The notes under the pieces were generated by a model that was given only the letters and a program-made list of their open reading frames with translations, did no database searches and was not told where the DNA came from. DNA of 59,311 nt, counting the filler, from Jimgerdemannia flammicorona (lineage: Eukaryota): assembly GCA_003990765.1 (NCBI GenBank). It is 3 parts of 3 records of this genome, joined end to end, with 100 filler letters (N's around TTAATTAATTAA, not from the genome) between each part and the next. Parts side by side here need not be neighbours in the genome. Positions count along the whole stretch, not along the records: positions 39,618 to 59,311 come from RBNJ01001872.1; 2 more parts are not named here. One strand, written 5' to 3'. Positions 52,347-59,311 of this stretch are shown here, piece by piece. Position 1 is the stretch's first letter; each line of letters begins with the position of its first letter. A program made the translations under genes and the position numbers.

Positions 52347-53677
52347 TGTGACAAGTAGCACAATTGTCCTGTCAGAATTATAAATTAGCTACATACTATA
52401 TCTAGTACACTAAGCAACCAAGACTGCTTTACTGTACCAACCTGTATAATTAGCTAGAGAAATCAGAAACAGTATACATATACATTTATCTGTACTGGTC
52501 TGGTACACTGTACTGAGTGGATATCTCTTACCATCTCAGTACACCATACTATCCAGGTACATCTGCCATAGATAGAAAATTTTAATTAGCAATATAGTAA
52601 CCAGATAGCAACCACAACTGTATAAAATACCCCAGAGACAAGAGTGAATAAACCTCAGTCTGAAATTCAGGACACATTTCAACTCTGGTTCACTTTCTGG
52701 TACAAAGAAGAGTCTGAAATTCAAAGCAAAAGACAAGTCTGCCTACCACACTTCAAGAGGAACTCTACAGCTACTGCTAGAAGATTGTGAGCTTACTTTC
52801 CACTCCAGTCCACTTTCCGATACAAAGCCTGAGTTTGCTGCCAAATTTCGAGTGAAGAACTTCACCGCCTTTTGAAGAATCCGCCACTTAAAGAATAAGC
52901 CGCTACGTTATGGTCCACTTGCCAGATAAGCCTGAAGAATCCAAGAAGTCCGCCATTCCCAGAGAGCCCGATCCTTGTCACCAAGCCAGTCTATCTGACG
53001 CAACTTCGCAGTGGAGCCAGTCTACAACGTAACCCCTCACAAACGAAGCCAGTCTTTGACATAACTTGCCAAGAATCCATGACATCTGAGCTATCCACGT
53101 CATCCGCCGTTTTTGAGTTATCGAATTATCCAAGTTATCTGAGCTATCTGAATTATCCGTGCTATCTGAGTTATTTCCCAGAACGCCGCCGATTCAGGAG
53201 AATCCACATCAACCAAGTTATCTGAATTATCCAAGTTATCCGATATTCCCAGAAGAGTCGATTCAGGAAGAATCCAGTTATTCGAGTCATCCGAGTTATC
53301 TGCCATTATTCAAGAGACCTGCCGATTCAGGAAAATCTGCGCCAAACCAAGTCACCCACCATTTTCCGCTGAGATCATGCCAGAAATCATATACTTTTGG
53401 AGATCGTCGTGCTACACCAGATTGTCACGCAGAAATTGCACAAGGAAACCCTTCGCCCTACACAATACTGTCATACGAAATCGCCGCCACACTCAAGAAC
53501 CCGTCCCAATAAGGAAATCGCTCGCAGATATCCAGCTTTGACTATTATACTACTAAACACCAACAAGGAATCTTAGAACATTTTGTTGCTTTTTGACCAA
53601 AGTAACTGGGGGCTCAAGCCAAACTACATCAACCCCCCAACCTTGTAATTTGCCTCTATTGAGCCGGGCACGTTACA
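52347..53677 (+). mobile_element. Solo LTR (1331 bp)
   Basis: TGTGAC...GTTACA termini with ATAT on both flanks. The 3' end matches the LTR end next to PBS-gag at 46854. Older relics at ~47100-47290 and ~51770-52110. Internal 9-bp TTATC(C/T)GA(A/G) repeats at 53085-53305. Confidence 0.8.
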
Positions 53678-54157
53678 ATATATAGATATAGAGACTTTCT
53701 CAATTTAAATTTCTATAATTAGAAGCTTTATAATAAGATCTTTTTAATTATTATCATTAGCTTTATTACATAGATAGTAGCTAATCTCATAATTATAATA
53801 AAGATAAGTGGGGTCTGAGTTGCTTTGAACCAATATAGTTTAGATTTTCTATATAGAAGTTAAATTATATAGTAATAATTGACAATAGTAAACTATCTCA
53901 ATAGTACAGAAAATATGAAAAAAATAGGCTGTTTAATATATATAATAAGTAAAAGCTATTATAGTAAATCCTAATTTTAGAGATATTTATAAAGTCTTTA
54001 AATAATGAAGTCTCATTATTATTAATTTAAGATTTATTCAGAAATATAGAGTTTATAACTTAGTTTGATAATTTAGATGAGATTTTTAGATAGTATTTTT
54101 TAATAGTTATATTGTGTATTATTATTGATAAAAGTAGATTTAGAAGTTATATAGAAC

Positions 54158-54443
54158 TAGTACTTCAAAATAAATCAAATCAATTTAAATTGAATCAAAT
54201 CAAATTTAAATTGAATCAAAGGTCCAATTCAAACTCTATTTTTAGAAATAATGAAACCACATCCAAATTTAGTAATATTTAGCTTATTAGATTCATCTTA
54301 TATAGAGAAATCTAATAAGCTAATAAGTATTAAATTCAAACATATATTTATTGAGTTATGTATTATATTTTGAAAAATAGAGTTTGAATTAAATTTCAAA
54401 TCAAATTGAATTAAACCTTTGATTCAATTTATTGAGAGCATTA
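54158..54443. mobile_element. Palindromic MITE, same family as 51487
   Basis: TAGTACTTC..GAGCATTA termini; central GCTTATTAGATT..AATCTAATAAGC inverted core. Confidence 0.72.
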
Positions 54444-55084
54444 TATATCTCTTAGATGATATATAGAAATGTCTTTTTAGCAGCAATTTTTATAAAAAAA
54501 AATCTGATTTTTTTAAGTTTACATTTTCTGTTTAAAATATAACTCAATTTATTTAATTTTAATTTTAATTTTTTTTTTTTTTGATTAAATTTTACCCAAA
54601 GATAAAAAAAAGTATAAAAAATCAATAGTTAAAATATTTTTAAAAGTTATTATAATTTTCAGACTTATAAATTTTTTTAAAATTTATAGTCAAATTTGAC
54701 TATATTATCATTTAAGAGATATATAACTTAATGTTATTATTCTAATTTTTGAGTTATACTATATTTGTATAATAATATATAATTATATAAGTAATTTTAT
54801 TTTTTTATTAATAAATAATTATAATAATATTTATATTTGTCTAACTTCTAGAATACTCATTAAATCTGTAATCTCATTGATCAATACTATAATAAGTTTA
54901 TATACTATAATGATTAAATAAGCTTTTTTGAATATAATATCATTTTATATAAAAATGTTATATTTCTTTAGTTTATCTGCATTTCCTGCTTATCAGTTAT
55001 TTGGGTTATCTCGTTGAGTAGAAGTATGTTGTAATTTATATAATTTTTTTTTTTTTCAATCAAACCATTGTTGAGATGACAAAT

Positions 55085-55756
55085 TTATTCGTCCGTGACG
55101 TCATCCATCACCTCCACCGTCGACATCCACCATGCATCCCGCCCTTCACAGTAATACCCCCTAACCCTCTCCTTCACTACAAACCCGCACTTGGAATACA
55201 ACCCCACCGCCTCTAGCCGCGACACGTCCACATACAAATCCGCTGTTGCCCGCCCCGACCGCACCTTGGTCGACTCCAATGTACGCTCTATCAAATGTAT
55301 CGCAATGTGGCATCGACGATGTTGCGGGTGCACGCACAATTTCTGGATCCGGATCAACCGCCGACCCGACGAATTTCCGGTGTTTGAATAGATCAGGTAC
55401 CCGACCACGACCACCAATGGTACCGGTCCTGGTAGCGGCTCACGCGATGGTGCTGCGCCCTTGTTCTTCCTCTCCTTCTCCTTCTCCTGCTTTACCGGCG
55501 GCGGCGTATTGGCCCTACCGCCGATTTCCTCGCCCGCTTCTCCGCGCTGCCCGTCGTCGAATCTGACCGCGATCATGCACATATTGGTGCGCTTTCGAAT
55601 CTCCTCCTTGATGGCCATGCACTCGTTACGCGGGAACGTGCGGCGTTCCAGCGTCTCGATTTGGACGAGGATCTTGTCGTGGTGCTGGTGGAGCGACTTG
55701 TGCGGGAAGATCGAGATCGAGACTCCTGGTGGAAGCGGCGATGGGGAGTACGCCAT
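55085..55756 (-). CDS. GNAT-family N-acetyltransferase (RimI-like), 223 aa, intronless
   Basis: IETLERRTFP; VVGY; IQKLCVHPQHRRCHIA (motif A); LYVD..EAVGLYSKCGF..GYY (motif B); CpG-rich intact ORF. Confidence 0.9.
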   Translation of the reverse strand: MAYSPSPLPPGVSISIFPHKSLHQHHDKILVQIETLERRTFPRNECMAIKEEIRKRTNMCMIAVRFDDGQRGEAGEEIGGRANTPPPVKQEKEKERKNKGAAPSREPLPGPVPLVVVVGYLIYSNTGNSSGRRLIRIQKLCVHPQHRRCHIAIHLIERTLESTKVRSGRATADLYVDVSRLEAVGLYSKCGFVVKERVRGYYCEGRDAWWMSTVEVMDDVTDE

Positions 55757-55890
55757 CGCCAGATTAGACCTGTATGTTGTAATTTATATCGTTATACGTC
55801 ATTATGTGGCTTGTGTGCTGCGTCATCAATAGCAATGCCCACAGTCAGAACACCACCTCCATCGTCCCTTCACAAATCCCAGAATCGGTA

Positions 55891-58144
55891 ATGGACGCTC
55901 CTCCAATACTCGACACGGGCGCAGCCAGTGCCACTTGGGTAAAGTCATCTTAATCTTGTTGATAATTCTTCGTTCATGCAAGGGGTTTAGTATTTATATT
56001 TGTAACGACGTTTTGTTATCGCTTCATAGTTTGCATCTGCTTCACCCTCCGTCAAACGATCAGTCTCCACCACCGAAGACAGTAGCAGCCCTGGAGACAG
56101 TGTCGGCCCCAGCAATATTACCCACACCCGTGACTTGCAATACCCCGAAACCTTAATCTCAAAATACGTCCAGCAATGGGACAAGAATGACGTGAAAAAT
56201 TTCCTGAATGAAAATAAGGGCGGTTTTCATTTAGATGACGAGGATATTGCAAAAATATTTGTTCAAAAAGTTAGCGGCCATGGCTTTCTCCAGCTTACCG
56301 AAGAAAAACTTAGTCACTGTCCGTTCGAGCTATCCTTTGGACCTGCGGTCGAGATCGCCGAACTGGTTAAGTTGCTGAAGAGAGACAACGAGACTCGGAG
56401 TGAACCTGGTAAGAGTCGAGTATGTCGTCAACATACTCGTTATGTGTGCATGGTATGGTGTAGGACGAGTGATAGCTCGTAGAATTTTATTTTTTTTTAT
56501 TTTTTTTTCCTGGAGTGTTATGTTGTAATTGCCTAATATCACCTTCCATCTTCAATCACCATGTCTCTTAACGGCTCAATTTTCCGTTTGTTTCCCTCCC
56601 ATCAAGCACCTCCCCAAAAGAAAAAGAGGAAGGTCGACATAGACAAATTAAGGGACGAATTGTTGATTTGTCTGAAAACGCTCCCAGCTCCGGCTTCGCT
56701 AGGTGATCCTTCCAATTTCCGAGATTTCCAGGACAGGAACGGTGCTTTAATTCTGAACTGCCGCCCGTTGGACACTGTCGGTCCCCCCATTACACTCTTT
56801 GATCCTATTCTGGCCAAATTTATGGATGATGCCAAGGGCGGCGCCAAGCTTGATGAAGATGACATTGATCTTGTGTGCAATATCTGCAGAGAAATGTGTT
56901 CCCTGTCGTTTCGCGATGAGAACGAAAGGAGAGATATTTTCATCCGACGCCTGAGCCCTTACTTCAAAAAGACCTTCGACATCTATGCTTTCGGAAATCA
57001 ACGGTCCTCGGACGGCTCTATATTGTTTCGAAGCCAAGACACCGAGATTCCTCTTTTGAACTTGGTTGTGAAGATGGAATTAGGTAAAGGACATGGGTGT
57101 CCATATTTACAGTCGACCGTTTGCTACGCTGAGTTCATAAGGAAACTCTTGGACGATATTCCTGCGATCAGACGTTCTCGGCTTCCGGTATTCCTGTTGT
57201 ACTTGACTGGTATGTATTGATACATTAAATTTTACTGGAATATCAAACCAATGTTGATCTGATAGATTGCTCATACTCATTCACTGTTTCGGAACTATTC
57301 TGCCGATGTCACAGGGCCGTACCTAGGTGTATCATTTGCAATACTTCTGGAGAAGCCGGTGTGCGAACCTGTGACGCCCTTAATGCCCCTCTTCTTTCTG
57401 CCCCACAATGAAACCATGGTATTGGAGGTAGCTTTCATGTTCAAGGCTCTCAAGATCGCCCTCGATGACCTCGAGGAGTTTTATCATAGATTGATAACGC
57501 CTGAAGCTAAGGTTAATCGCAATCAGCTGCTATTCCCATACTACAACAACGTGCGCATAGAGGAAACAATATACAAGCTCACATACGTCACCAAATTGGA
57601 GGGTCGTAATATATTTCAAGCAACGATGAATATCGATACTGAATCATCTCGGGACGTTGTTGTCAAATTCACCAAGAGATACTCGGAAGATTGCCACAGG
57701 GCATGCTACCATTTGCGAATCTCACCAGAATTGTTGGCCTGTGAAAAACTCTCTGGGGGGTGGTACGTCGTGGTCATGGAGTTTCTGAAGAATCACACTA
57801 CACTGTTCTCTCTTGCCCAGAAAAATCTGCTTGCGTTGACGATGTGGCCATCGATTGAGGATGCCGTGAGGAAGATGCATCGAACTGGCTTCGTACACGG
57901 AGACCTGAGACTACCAAACATCATGTGGGCTCTCGACGGTTCTATAAAAATAATCGATTTTGACTGGGCCGGCAAGGACTCCCAAGTTACCTATCCGCCA
58001 TTACTCAATCGCGAGAGCAATATCCCTTGGCACGACGGGGTCAGGTTTGGAGTGAATATAACGACGAAGCATGACTGGCATTTGCTGACAACGCAGTTCT
58101 GCAATGCTCTTGGTGTAAAGGAGTTCGTTCGTTTACATGTATGA
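55891..58144 (+). CDS. Crinkler-like SAM + NLS + REase-like + protein kinase-like protein, 4 exons, 619 aa
   Basis: Exons 55891-55938, 56030-56408, 56607-57209 and 57315-58144 are phase-consistent GT-AG, total 1860 nt. SAM-like W..DV..FL..LDDEDI..VSG..FL.LTEEKL..LSFGPA. NLS PPQKKKRKV. SDG..VK.E.G..PY.Q. Kinase VVVKF, HGDLRLPNI, IDFDWAG. Confidence 0.88.
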
Positions 58145-59244
58145 CAATCGTAATTTTTCTTCGGCATGAATGCTTCCTCGCATCCATTCATAGTGTAGTG
58201 AAGATGGGATATTGTTAGCGACCTAAGGATCGAAGTTTATAGGATTTGTTACTTGGGTATACACATAGTATTCAATAAATCGTCGCATATATTATGATGA
58301 GATATGTTCTTAGTATGTGAACAACGATATTATCGTGGACTAGTAATCGATTCAGAAAACGCGCTCACAACAAACACCTTCAAAATATCTTCATCACATG
58401 ACCAGGTCAACTATGGCGGTTTGAGTGAGGCCGTGTAAAAAGACGAAAGTTTATCGATTAATATATGATCCTATAGACAAAAGATGGATATTACACTTCA
58501 CAATCTGCGATTCATACGCCTCGAACAAAGAAATCGACTGCTTGCTGCAAACTCGTTGTCCTAAAAAAATCGTGCCGTCACCCAATTGTCATATCGTCAA
58601 CCAGTTGGCATGTCATCACCAACCTGATTCGATATGTATCAGCAAACGCACATTCTGACAGTTCCGTCTCTTTCACTTTGAATCGATCCACTTACTTTGC
58701 GCATGCTCATTTATTTCATTTGATCTTTAGCTTTTACCCTCTCCTCCAAACCCCGGTCACCGTATTTACACACGGCGCAGCTGCGTCATACCCGCCTCTG
58801 CTTTCTTTCAATCGTGAGAACTAATAATCGTGCATTACGCCAGCTTTCAATCTCTTGCTTTGCCGTGCGAATCGCTTTGCTTATTTCACGCACGCTCGAT
58901 TTGGTTAGGGGGCTGAGGAAGAGGTGATAGGTGAGAGAGAATGGATACTTCTGCTTGTGTATGTTTTTGGGATGTTTGAATTAGTATGCCGACTACTTTA
59001 ACCTCAAAATATGTGGTCAGATTGACTGTAGACAGGGTTGGGGTTTCAAGAAACGATGATGGAGATCTTCATCCATATCGGAGGACGTCAGTATATAGTG
59101 ACATATACTAATGGATGTCCTCCGAATTGCATGATAAATGTGGCTGGAGATCAAACTGCGGAAGTCAACGCGCTTTGAAAATTCTCACGAGATGGCCCAT
59201 TGATGGGATGGCAACCCGATATGTCAGCACGTGGCCTTATGCCA

Positions 59245-59289
59245 ATTCATCAATTTTACGTCATTCATCAATTTTACGTCATTCATCAA
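59245..59289. repeat. 18-bp tandem repeat x2.5
   Basis: ATTCATCAATTTTACGTC repeated. Confidence 0.85.
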
Positions 59290-59311
59290 GTAATGTATTT
59301 CATGGGGTGGG

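Noticed and set aside
53159..53512. 117-aa ORF in the solo LTR
   Set aside because: GTG start and largely derived from 9-bp repeats; no second intact copy to support it

Overview
Eukaryotic, intron-containing, TE-dense fungal-type DNA. Gene and TE families suggest Mucoromycota (Endogonales/Glomeromycotina-like); this is an inference. The window is three probably unrelated contigs (1-19709, 19810-39517, 39618-59311) joined by 100-nt N-linkers containing TTAATTAATTAA. Most of it is nested, C->T/G->A-decayed transposons. These include six copies or fragments of an L1/Tx1-like LINE, a Tc1/IS630-like DDE transposase relic, MITEs, a foldback-like satellite-armed element, a solo LTR and several gag relics. 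A Sola-type transposase is split by a complete 10.6-kb Ty3/gypsy chromovirus with a 5-bp TSD. That chromovirus encodes a dUTPase between Gag-NC and protease and carries a ~365-codon gene inside each ~2.06-kb LTR. The LTR gene shares a helical motif pattern with a hidden ORF inside the foldback element, suggesting an accessory protein family shared across TE classes. Host-like genes are an intronless GNAT acetyltransferase divergently paired with a 4-exon Crinkler-like SAM-NLS-REase-kinase gene, a frameshifted PD-(D/E)xK-like gene and a GTPase fragment.
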